Shown: one piece after another, positions 1 to 8,593 of the stretch | Numbering within the stretch: the stretch's first letter is position 1 | Layout: each line of letters opens with the position of its first letter | Assembly: GCA_051652445.1 (NCBI GenBank) | Contig: JBOFUF010000131.1 | Span: forward strand, 1-33,437 | DNA length: 33,437 bases | Direction of reading: 5' to 3' | From: Shewanella sp. | Lineage (GTDB): Bacteria; Pseudomonadota; Gammaproteobacteria; Enterobacterales; Shewanellaceae | The notes under the pieces: model-generated | The model's input: only the letters and a program-made list of their open reading frames with translations | Databases searched by the model: none | What the model was told of the DNA's origin: nothing | Program-made: the position numbers and the translations under genes

Positions 1-168
1 ATTCACACTCAATCTATGTCAGTAACCAGCCAAATTTTATGGCACAACATTTACCGAATTAAAGAAACCCAACAAGGCTTTTTGATCACCCATAAAGCAG
101 GGACGAGTTATGTTTCATTCCGCAGCTTGGATGATATGGCGGTGGCCTATATAAATACTAAAATTTAG
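1..168 (+). CDS. 3' end of a probable YcxB-family protein (partial, runs off the window start)
   Basis: Frame 1 is open from base 1 to TAG at 166-168: IHTQSMSVTSQILWHNIYRIKETQQGFLITHKAGTSYVSFRSLDDMAVAYINTKI. The W-x2-I-x2-I-x-ET pattern resembles YcxB C-terminal domains, and a terminator follows. Not in the ORF track. Confidence 0.65.
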   Translation: MHTQSMSVTSQILWHNIYRIKETQQGFLITHKAGTSYVSFRSLDDMAVAYINTKI

Positions 169-186
169 TACTGCTAAAAAACACCC

Positions 187-220
187 ATAAAAAAGGCTGA
201 TCTTTATCAGCCTTTTTTAT
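187..220. terminator. Bidirectional intrinsic terminator
   Basis: ATAAAAAAGGCTGAT-CTTT-ATCAGCCTTTTTTAT, a perfect inverted repeat with A/T tails between convergent genes. Confidence 0.9.
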
Positions 221-240
221 CGCACGCCATTGCTGAATCG

Positions 241-804
241 TTACTTTTTCAATTCACCAACCGGTAAAATCGTGCGACCGTATTCATTATTGAGCACCTG
301 TGCCATCGCAAAATAGATCGCACTGGCGCCACAGATGATGCCTTCAAAACCTGCAATAGTACCAATCAAAGCACTACCGGTAAAATCACGCGCCGCCAAC
401 AGGAAAAATAAAATAGTCAAAGAAGCAAACACAAATTGCTTCGCTCGTGGATAACGCAACGACCCGACAAACATAAATGCCGTGAATATGCCCCAAAGCG
501 TTAAATACCAGCCCATAAAATACGTTGGACTCGCGGCAATGCCCGCATTAGGCATTAAAATGAGGCCTACTAAGGTTAACCAAAACAAACCGTAGGAAGT
601 AAATGCAGTAGTACCAAAGGTATCGCCACGCATGAAACACATAATACCCACAATCACTTGGCCGATACCGCCGTAAAAAATGCCCATAGCTAAGATCATA
701 GAATCAATAGGGAAGTATCCCGCATTATGGATATTTAACAGTATCGTTGTCATACCAAAGCCCATTAAACCTAATGGTGCTGGATTAGCCAGTTTTGTAG
801 ACAC
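241..804 (-). CDS. satP: Acetate/succinate uptake transporter, AceTr (GPR1/FUN34/YaaH) family
   Basis: N-terminal KLANPAPLGLMGFGMTTILLN signature; about six hydrophobic helices; 187 aa; GTG start. Confidence 0.95.
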   Translation of the reverse strand: MSTKLANPAPLGLMGFGMTTILLNIHNAGYFPIDSMILAMGIFYGGIGQVIVGIMCFMRGDTFGTTAFTSYGLFWLTLVGLILMPNAGIAASPTYFMGWYLTLWGIFTAFMFVGSLRYPRAKQFVFASLTILFFLLAARDFTGSALIGTIAGFEGIICGASAIYFAMAQVLNNEYGRTILPVGELKK

Positions 805-888
805 AGAGTTCCCCTAGAGAATATAAACAGTTCATTTAAATCAACAATATTTATTATTGACTTATTCACGCACCTGCGAGAACCGCGC

Positions 889-917
889 ATTTTAGAGGAT
901 AGCTATCATTTTAGCAA
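889..917 (-). promoter_or_regulatory. Putative sigma70 promoter of satP
   Basis: Minus strand TTGCTA-17 bp-TAAAAT followed by GC-rich GCGCGG, about 85 bp upstream of the start codon. Confidence 0.55.
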
Positions 918-1496
918 CGAAATCATTTAAAACGAAACAAATCCAATAAATATCCTTTACAAACAGTGCATTAAAAAAATTATATAACTCGTAATGTCGC
1001 GATAAAAAAGTGTGGGGAATTAACTCTTTCTAATTCAATTATCTAGCTAAAACATCCCCTGTAACATGCACTAGCTCGCACTGTTGCCCACTTTTATCGA
1101 CCAATTCTAATTTCAATGATTCCCCCTATTTCCCCCACGATAACCCTATGGCATAACACGCATAAATAATTATGCTTGATCACGATTCGGCCATTGAAAG
1201 TGCCATAAACAACAGTTTTAATAAAAAGATCACTGTCAGCACATTTTTAACGAGGTCGGGTTAACGCCAAACACACTCGGCTGATGAGACGAAAACCTAT
1301 GCAGGACTCGCGTTCATAACGCCTTTAGCGCAAGGTGAATCAAAGGCCGAGGGGTATCGCTCGCTCGCAAAAGCATGCTAAAAATTATTTATATCTAAAA
1401 CACAATAGCAATGATAAATTGCTGTTGTTACCTCAGTGGTATCAAGAGAGCCTTTTCTTGACATGTTGCTAACAGTACATAACTAAAGGAAATAAA

Positions 1497-1733
1497 ATGA
1501 ATAAGTTATCAGCTATTTTTACTCTATTGGCATTAGTAAGTTTCACTTCCTTTGCTGACGACTCCTCTTTACCGTCGGCCCCTGCAACTGATGTCGCTCA
1601 GCTTAAAGAAGCCTGCCAGCAAATGGCTTCTGAAGATCAAGTTGATAATGCAGAACTAAAGCAATATGTTCTTGATTGCTTAAACGATCAACTAACAGAA
1701 ATAGGCTACAAAACCGTTACTGAGATTAATTAA
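1497..1733 (+). CDS. Small secreted acidic protein with a C-x20-C motif (PsiF-repeat-like)
   Basis: AAGGA RBS; Sec signal peptide ending SFA; mature part is D/E-rich with two Cys 20 residues apart; has its own terminator. Confidence 0.8.
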   Translation: MNKLSAIFTLLALVSFTSFADDSSLPSAPATDVAQLKEACQQMASEDQVDNAELKQYVLDCLNDQLTEIGYKTVTEIN

Positions 1734-1777
1734 TCTCTGCTTAAATTGTGAAATGATTATTTAAAAAACCTCATCCG

Positions 1778-1808
1778 ATACCATTTGCATCAGTGAATGG
1801 TATTTTTT
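1778..1808 (+). terminator. Intrinsic terminator after the 78-aa gene
   Basis: ATACCATTTGC-ATCA-GTGAATGGTAT stem (with G-U pairs) followed by a T run. Confidence 0.7.
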
Positions 1809-2078
1809 GTTAAGCACTCGGGTTCACGCCACAAACTGTATTATTTTAGTTACACAAAAAACTGATTACTCACAAGCATCAACATCCACACTTAACCGTA
1901 TAGCCGCTGCCAAATGAGATTTTTTAAGGCTATCAAGGTGTTTTTTTATCTACAAATTACCCTTTTCATTGATAGCTGTCTCATTTTGCATCGCTGCGAA
2001 TGAAATCACTGTTGAATTGGGCATAAAATGCTAATCTATTGACTTGTATTATTAACCTCAGACCTTAACCGTTAAATC

Positions 2079-2942
2079 ATGTATCGTCTCTTTATTGTCC
2101 TCATTACGTGTTTAAGTATTTTGCCTTCTCACGCACTGGCGAAAGCGACCTGTGCATCTGAAAGTCAATGTATAGAGATGAACAACTGGGACCTAGGAAT
2201 TGCCATCGGTTGGGGACAAAAAAGCAATCCACTCAGGGATTTTGATGATATACCACTGTTTTTTATTCCAACAGTAGCCTATTACGGCGAGCATTGGTTC
2301 TTCGATAATGGTAATTTAGGTTATACCTTAATCGAACAAGAAAGCTTCACGCTCAATTTAGTGACAAGTTATAGCTTAGATAGAGCCTATTTTTACCGAT
2401 GGGATCCCTCGAATATATTTTTAAACCGTAGCACTCAAATCGAAGCTAAAGCCGTAAAGAGCATGTCGGTGTCGACTAAACCCGAGCCTAAGTTTAATTC
2501 ATTAGAGACGCGTAACTTCACTCTACTTGGCGGAGCAGAAGCCTTTATCTATACACAGCTAGGCATTATTCGATTAGCATACACCCATGATATGTTTAAT
2601 GTTCATCAAGGTTCTGAAGCGCAGATAAAATGGACCTATGGTTGGGATTACGATCGTTTCATTTTTGAGTTTTCGCTAGTATTTGATTGGAAGAGCAAAG
2701 CCGTGGTGGATTATTATTATGGCGTGAGACCCGATGAAAATGCCTATTGGAGTGAACAATATCAAGCAAAATCGGGTTGGGATAAAGGTGCGGAAATGAC
2801 GGCCCGTTATACATTAACTGACAATTGGGATTTACTGTTGGCTGTTCGTTACACGCTAATTGCCGATGAGATTGCCGCCAGCCCCTTGTTAAGCCAAGAC
2901 TATAGCAGCACCTACTTTATCGGCGCTGCCTATAGGTTCTAA
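2079..2942 (+). CDS. MipA/OmpV family outer-membrane beta-barrel protein
   Basis: Signal peptide; YYYGV motif; ADEIAASPL motif (MipA-type I-x-x-SP); C-terminal AYRF BAM signal. Confidence 0.85.
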   Translation: MYRLFIVLITCLSILPSHALAKATCASESQCIEMNNWDLGIAIGWGQKSNPLRDFDDIPLFFIPTVAYYGEHWFFDNGNLGYTLIEQESFTLNLVTSYSLDRAYFYRWDPSNIFLNRSTQIEAKAVKSMSVSTKPEPKFNSLETRNFTLLGGAEAFIYTQLGIIRLAYTHDMFNVHQGSEAQIKWTYGWDYDRFIFEFSLVFDWKSKAVVDYYYGVRPDENAYWSEQYQAKSGWDKGAEMTARYTLTDNWDLLLAVRYTLIADEIAASPLLSQDYSSTYFIGAAYRF

Positions 2943-3358
2943 TGTTAGTGACGCAGTCTCAGTTAAGCTTGCTTTGCTTTATTGGTCTAAGCCTTGGCTT
3001 GATAGGCCAAAATTTGGCACAGGCCAAAACTCGCGACACAGCACTCAAACTTACCCCCGCTATTTGTATTACCAGTTCAGATACTCAGGCCTGCAATATG
3101 GATATTGAACTGCAGTGGGAATTAGCCAAAGATGAGCTAATCTGTATCTTGTCCGACAACGCCGCCTATCCCAAATGGTGCAGTGATTCGGTATCAACCC
3201 ATAGGTTAAGCTTGAAAATCCACACTATGACGGATATTCAATTTGTCATAGTCAGTAAAGACAATAACCAAACGTTGGCTGGTGCCAAACTTAAAATCAC
3301 TTCTGCATCACAACCTCAGGTTCGCAGACGTTACCGCAACCCTTGGAGTTTATTTTAA
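2942..3358 (+). CDS. DUF3019-like exported protein
   Basis: Signal peptide, P-x2-C-x8-C pattern, four Cys in the mature part, C-terminal RRRYRNPWSLF; start overlaps the mipA stop (TAATG). Confidence 0.75.
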   Translation: MLVTQSQLSLLCFIGLSLGLIGQNLAQAKTRDTALKLTPAICITSSDTQACNMDIELQWELAKDELICILSDNAAYPKWCSDSVSTHRLSLKIHTMTDIQFVIVSKDNNQTLAGAKLKITSASQPQVRRRYRNPWSLF

Positions 3359-4071
3359 TGACAAGCCCACAATCGAACCACAGAGTATTATTGGTTGAGG
3401 ACGACGTTCGCCTTGCAAACTTGATTGTAGATTACCTAAAATCCCACGGTATGCATGTTGAAGTTGAACGCCGTGGCGATACAGTGCTAACACGATTAAT
3501 CAATTACAAACCAGATATCATACTGTTAGACATTATGCTACCGGGCATGGATGGTTTGACTCTATGTGAAAAATTACCGGATTACTTCGCAGGTCCAATC
3601 CTATTGATGAGCGCACTTGGCTCAAGTGAAGATCAAATAAAAGGACTCGAACTCGGCGCCGATGACTATGTGGTCAAGCCCGTCGAACCCGCTCTGTTAG
3701 TCGCGCGGATCAACAACTTACTTCGCCGCCAGAATCAGCCACCACAGGCAGAATCACACTGTCTAACCTTTGGCAAACTGAGTATCGACCCGCATACCCA
3801 CGCGATTCGTCTTAATGAAACTGAAATCGATCTCACCAGCCATGAATTCGAGTTGCTGTGGTTACTGGCCTCGCAAGCAGGCCAAGTGCTCAGCCGTCAG
3901 TATATTTATCAGTTGTTGCTCAATATTGATTTCGATGGTAAAGATCGAAAAATTGACGTGCGGATCTCTAGATTACGTAAAAAACTTAACGATAATATCG
4001 AGACACCTTTCAGAATTAAAACCGTTTGGGGACAAGGTTATCTCTTTGCTCCAGAAGCTTGGAATAATTAA
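3358..4071 (+). CDS. OmpR-family response regulator (RstA/CarR-like)
   Basis: Receiver motifs LLVEDD, LLDIMLPGMDG, GADDYVVKP; winged-helix end IKTVWGQGY. ATG 3358 overlaps the upstream TAA and follows GGAG, so it is preferred over the track start 3343. Confidence 0.95.
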   Translation: MTSPQSNHRVLLVEDDVRLANLIVDYLKSHGMHVEVERRGDTVLTRLINYKPDIILLDIMLPGMDGLTLCEKLPDYFAGPILLMSALGSSEDQIKGLELGADDYVVKPVEPALLVARINNLLRRQNQPPQAESHCLTFGKLSIDPHTHAIRLNETEIDLTSHEFELLWLLASQAGQVLSRQYIYQLLLNIDFDGKDRKIDVRISRLRKKLNDNIETPFRIKTVWGQGYLFAPEAWNN

Positions 4072-4082
4072 GTCCAAATACC

Positions 4083-5351
4083 GTGAAACGTCTCTTTATC
4101 AGTTTATATCTGCTACTCAGTCTCAGCGTGCTTGGGATTGGCTGGACACTCGACAGCCTATGGCAGAATAATGTGGATGACAATAATGCCCTCGATGCGC
4201 CATTAGTGGCATTGGCGCAATTATTAGCGGCATTACCTCCCGATGCCCGCCAACGGTATCTGGAGGCGATTCCAACCAATCCTGTCATGCCACTGCAATT
4301 GCTCAATGCCGATCAAGTCGCGCTGGCAGATAATCAAGTATTGAGCAGCAGCAAGGTGTTCACCACCACGGCCAATGATGATAGCCTGCTGCAATTTATT
4401 CGAGTAGGCGATAAGGTCTTAATGGCCGGGCCACTTGACATCGATCCCAGAGCTAACCTTCGCAGCCTATTCACCCTGTTCTTTTATTTATCGCTCGCCC
4501 TCGTTGCGTTGATTTGGGTCGGCCCACTTTCACGGGATTTAACCATACTACGTCACGCCACCAAAGAATTTGGCGAAGCCAAATGGGACACGCGTATTAC
4601 GCTATCCAATCGCTCCCAAGTTAAACCCTTAGCCAATACGTTTAACGAAATGGCACGGCATATTAGCGCCCTGATCGAGAACCAAAAACATTTGTCGAAT
4701 GCGGTATCCCACGAGATCCGCACCCCACTGGCAAGGCTCAAATTCGCCCTAGCGCTGATGCCTATGTATTGTCAGCCAGATTCAGACGAACACAAACGTC
4801 AAGACTTTCTCGACGAGATGCAGCTCGACATCAAAGAGATAGAAGACTTACTTCAAGAACTGTTGACCTACGCCAGCTTAGAGTCACAGCGAGAAAGTAT
4901 TCAATTAGACGAATACGATTTAATTACGCTAATACATCAGAGCATTAAACGCATAGAACCCTTAAGTCCAACGCCCATTACCCTCAAGACTCCTGTCGAA
5001 ACATTGCCCTTATTCGGGGAACCGGCATTGATTGAACGGGCGCTGCAAAATTTGCTGACCAATGCCCAACGCTTTGCCCACACTGAAATCATCATTGACG
5101 TTAATCAAACCCAGCACAAAGTCAATTTAAGTGTGAGTAACGATGGCGAACCTATCCCAGCGGTCGATTTACCGAAAGTGTTCGAGCCTTTTTATCGCAG
5201 CCAATCGGTACAAAATGGTAATAAAGGACATGGTTTAGGCCTTGCGATTATCCAGCGGATTATGCAGCGACATCAAGGGAATGCGAGTGTCACAAGCGAT
5301 GCACAACAGACCCAATTTAGTTTAATCTGGCCGAAGAAGCGTGAGCTGTAA
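4083..5351 (+). CDS. Sensor histidine kinase (RstB-like; 2 TM, HAMP, HisKA, HATPase)
   Basis: H-box VSHEIRTPLARL, N-box NLLTNAQRFA, G1 NDG, F-box FEPFYR, G2 GHGLGLAI. Confidence 0.95.
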   Translation: MKRLFISLYLLLSLSVLGIGWTLDSLWQNNVDDNNALDAPLVALAQLLAALPPDARQRYLEAIPTNPVMPLQLLNADQVALADNQVLSSSKVFTTTANDDSLLQFIRVGDKVLMAGPLDIDPRANLRSLFTLFFYLSLALVALIWVGPLSRDLTILRHATKEFGEAKWDTRITLSNRSQVKPLANTFNEMARHISALIENQKHLSNAVSHEIRTPLARLKFALALMPMYCQPDSDEHKRQDFLDEMQLDIKEIEDLLQELLTYASLESQRESIQLDEYDLITLIHQSIKRIEPLSPTPITLKTPVETLPLFGEPALIERALQNLLTNAQRFAHTEIIIDVNQTQHKVNLSVSNDGEPIPAVDLPKVFEPFYRSQSVQNGNKGHGLGLAIIQRIMQRHQGNASVTSDAQQTQFSLIWPKKREL

Positions 5352-5437
5352 TAGGAAGCGAGATTAGACTATTGTCAGTCAGTCATTAATCCCACTCGCG
5401 AATGCAAAACGCGAGTTAAACATGTCAATTCAACCAA

Positions 5438-5743
5438 TTAGTCTAGCTCGAAGCCACCAAAATCCAGCGTAGTTTCGAGCTCAGGCTCAAAATTCAACTG
5501 TGGGTTTAACGCTGCCCTTTCTTGCGCTATTTGTGCTTGTCTTGCTTTCATCATCGCTAACTGACGACGACGTTTACGTTGAGTACACAGGCGAATGACA
5601 TCAAACTTTTGCGCATCTGAAAACGTTAACCAATTGAATCTTTCGTCACGGCTTCGCAGGCAACCATTACAGTAACCGCGCCCATCGGTAACACACACAC
5701 CGATACAGGGACTGGGGATATCAAAAAAGGCTAATTGTTCCAT
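5438..5743 (-). CDS. DUF1289 (YdhL-like) Cys-rich protein, predicted metal/Fe-S binding
   Basis: SPCIGVC-x7-CNGCLRSRDERFNW motif. Confidence 0.85.
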   Translation of the reverse strand: MEQLAFFDIPSPCIGVCVTDGRGYCNGCLRSRDERFNWLTFSDAQKFDVIRLCTQRKRRRQLAMMKARQAQIAQERAALNPQLNFEPELETTLDFGGFELD

Positions 5744-5918
5744 AACCCGCCGCTATTCCTATCTAAAAAACATAAACCATACTCAAACGATCGTCACTAA
5801 AAACGATACCGTTAAATGGCATTCAAAGCGATTCAAACACAGCACGCTTATCTAAAGTACTTGCAGAAACAACCTTAATCAAGGCACATTGAATAGAGTT
5901 TAACCAACATGGAGCACT

Positions 5919-6213
5919 ATCATCGGATACCGTCACTTTGCCAGTCTGCTCGTCGCTGTTGCCTTATTAAGCGCTTGCAGCAGTAAACCGCAAAACGATT
6001 ATGATCTCAATGACGACTTCGCCGCACTCCGCAGCTTTACCCAGCTAACACCATAGCCAACGGATGACCCGTTAAGCGCCCAGCGTATTCAAGTAGAAAT
6101 TAATTTGGCGTGGTAGCGATAGTTTTGATGTTGATACTGGTGGCGATAAAAAAGCTCAAGATACTGCCAAAGCTGTTAGCCGGATTTTGGCGCAGTTTCC
6201 ACCGAAAACATGA
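5919..6213 (+). pseudogene. Decayed DUF4136-like lipoprotein gene
   Basis: After GGAG, the frame reads IIGYRHFASLLVAVALLSAC-SSKPQNDYD (lipobox LSAC, no ATG), with an in-frame TAG at 6054-6056, then PTDDPLSAQRIQVEIN. In a shifted frame it continues KLIWRGSDSF...AKAVSRILAQFPPKT-TGA(6213). WRG and terminal FPP are typical of DUF4136. Confidence 0.75.
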
Positions 6214-6307
6214 TCAGGTTTAAAAGGATAGAAATGGGCGTATTTTGCCCATTTTTACCCATCAAACATTCATATCGCTCAATATGCTTGGAGTTAAAGC
6301 CTAGAAC

Positions 6308-7189
6308 TTAGGAAAAAAGCCCTGACGACAGGTAGCGATCGCCCCTATCACAAACAATCGCCACGACCACAGAACCCGGATATTGTTGAGCAATCTTTAG
6401 CGCGGCAAACACGGCGCCGCCGGAACTGACTCCAGCACAAATCCCTTCCTCTCGCGCTAAGGTTCTCGCCATGACTTTTGCATCTTGCTCTTCAACATCC
6501 ATCACTAAATCAACCCAAGAAGCATCAAAAATCCGTGGCAAATATGCCTGCGGCCAACGCCGAATCCCAGGAATAGTACTGCCATCGGCGGGCTGAAGGC
6601 CGACGATAGTGATATCAGGATTACAACTTTTAAGGTATCTAGACACCCCCATTATGGTACCTGTCGTTCCCATACTTGAGACAAAATGGCTGATTTTACC
6701 TAGACTCTGTTGCCAGATCTCAGGGCCTGTCGTAAGGAAATGCGCATTAGCGTTATCTTGGTTATTAAATTGGTCCAGCACCTTTCCTTTGCCTTCACTT
6801 TGTAACTGCAACGCCAAATCCCGCGCAGTCTCCATGTTATCCACGAGCATGAGCTCTGCGCCATAGGCTTGCATGGCATCCTTACGCTCCTGAGTCGAAT
6901 TTTTCGGCATGATCAGGATCATCTTGTATCCTTTAATTGCCGCCGCCATCGCCAGTGCAATCCCTGTATTGCCACTCGTTGCCTCAATAAGCGTATCACC
7001 AGGACTTATTTCTTGGCGAAGTTCGGCCTGAATGATCATATTGAGTGCAGGGCGATCTTTGACTGAACCCGCAGGATTATTGCCTTCCAATTTTAACAGT
7101 ACGGTGGAACTACCACAGTGAAGTCGCTGCAAACGAACCAGCGGAGTTTGCCCTATGTAGGCTTCAATTGTCGGAAAGTCAGACACCAC
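6308..7189 (-). CDS. cysM: Cysteine synthase B (O-acetylserine sulfhydrylase B)
   Basis: KLEGNNPAGSVKDR PLP-lysine motif, TSGNTG, MGTTGT, IPGIRRW and CDRGDRYLS, all characteristic of CysM. Confidence 0.95.
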   Translation of the reverse strand: MVSDFPTIEAYIGQTPLVRLQRLHCGSSTVLLKLEGNNPAGSVKDRPALNMIIQAELRQEISPGDTLIEATSGNTGIALAMAAAIKGYKMILIMPKNSTQERKDAMQAYGAELMLVDNMETARDLALQLQSEGKGKVLDQFNNQDNANAHFLTTGPEIWQQSLGKISHFVSSMGTTGTIMGVSRYLKSCNPDITIVGLQPADGSTIPGIRRWPQAYLPRIFDASWVDLVMDVEEQDAKVMARTLAREEGICAGVSSGGAVFAALKIAQQYPGSVVVAIVCDRGDRYLSSGLFS

Positions 7190-7398
7190 GGTTATCCTTT
7201 ACTTAATAAAAATACCTAAGCGATAGCCTATTCTAAGTCGGTTGCCACTGACAAACACGGTGAATACGACTTATTGCATAAAATAAATTGCTCATAGATA
7301 TTCAAAATAGTTCTATCAATACCTCTTTTTATAATTAATTAATTCAATTAATCTAGCGAAAATAACGGTGACTAAGTTGCCATATTAAGGAGTTAAAC

Positions 7399-8406
7399 AT
7401 GACCGTAAAATTGATCAAGGCCCTACTAGGTACCCTCGTTTTAGGAACGTCACTCAATGTCACTGCTGCAGATCAAGCCCTGCTTAATTCCTCTTATGAT
7501 ATCTCACGGGAATTATTCAATGCCTACAACCCTGTTTTTGCCAAGCATTGGCAAGAAAAGACCGGTAAAACCGTCGAGATAAAACAATCCCATGCAGGTT
7601 CGTCTGCACAGGCACGCTCGATTCTGCAGGGATTACCCGCAGATGTGGTGACGTTCAATCAAGTAACCGACGTCCAAGTTCTGCACGATCGCGGTAAATT
7701 GATCCCAGAAAATTGGCAACAATTATTGCCCAATGCCAGCTCACCTTACTATTCCACCATTGCATTTTTGGTGCGTAAGGGTAACCCAAAGCAAATCAAC
7801 GACTGGGGTGATTTAGCCAGAGATGACGTAAAACTGGTCTTTCCTAACCCGAAAACCTCGGGTAATGCCCGCTACACATATTTAGCCGCATTAGGTTATG
7901 CTCAGAAAAGCTACGGTAAGGATAATCAGGCTGAACTGGATCAATTCCTGAAAAAATTCCTCGCCAATGTGGCCGTATTTGATACAGGCGGGCGCGGTGC
8001 GACCACCTCCTTTGTCGAACGTGGGATCGGTGATGTATTAATTACCTTTGAATCGGAAGTGAACAATATTCGCCAGCAGTACAATACTGACGATTACCAC
8101 GTGGTGGTACCAAAAACCTCAATTCTGGCTGAGTTCCCCGTCGCTGTAGTTGAAAAAAATGCTAAGCGTAACGGTACACAAGCACTCGCGACTGAGTATT
8201 TGAATTATCTCTACAGCGAAGAAGCACAACGTCTACTGGCAGGATTCAGCTATCGGGTACACAACGATAAAGTGCAAGCTGAGTTTGCTAAGCAGTTCCC
8301 TACCGTTGACTTGCTGACTGTGGAGCAAATCATCGGTGGTTGGGATAATGCGATGAAAACGCAGTTTGCTAACGGTGCAAAACTCGATGAGCTATTAAAG
8401 CGCTAA
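7399..8406 (+). CDS. cysP: Thiosulfate/sulfate ABC transporter periplasmic binding protein
   Basis: [41 protein letters not shown]; signal peptide; AAGGAG RBS. Confidence 0.92.
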   Translation: MTVKLIKALLGTLVLGTSLNVTAADQALLNSSYDISRELFNAYNPVFAKHWQEKTGKTVEIKQSHAGSSAQARSILQGLPADVVTFNQVTDVQVLHDRGKLIPENWQQLLPNASSPYYSTIAFLVRKGNPKQINDWGDLARDDVKLVFPNPKTSGNARYTYLAALGYAQKSYGKDNQAELDQFLKKFLANVAVFDTGGRGATTSFVERGIGDVLITFESEVNNIRQQYNTDDYHVVVPKTSILAEFPVAVVEKNAKRNGTQALATEYLNYLYSEEAQRLLAGFSYRVHNDKVQAEFAKQFPTVDLLTVEQIIGGWDNAMKTQFANGAKLDELLKR

Positions 8407-8439
8407 TATCATTCTGAATATAGTAAGATATCAACATTG

Positions 8440-8462
8440 AACCCGGGCAACGTCCCGGGTTT
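8440..8462 (+). terminator. Intercistronic hairpin after cysP (mRNA stabiliser or weak terminator)
   Basis: AACCCGGG-CAACGT-CCCGGGTT followed by only a short T run. Confidence 0.55.
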
Positions 8463-8593
8463 ATCGCTCATTATCATTAAGCAATCAGTGTTTGCCGTAA
8501 AGATAGCGGCTGACATCTGGCTTGAGCCAATAACGAGCGAACCGTATCAATAGTATAGGTTTAATGCAATTAACCTTTTCGGGTGATGATTCT

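Noticed and set aside
1281-1310. CTGATGAG-A-CGAAA looks like a hammerhead ribozyme core
   Set aside because: Only one nucleotide lies where stem II must form, and the sequence after the putative stem III gives no correctly paired NUH cleavage site next to stem I.
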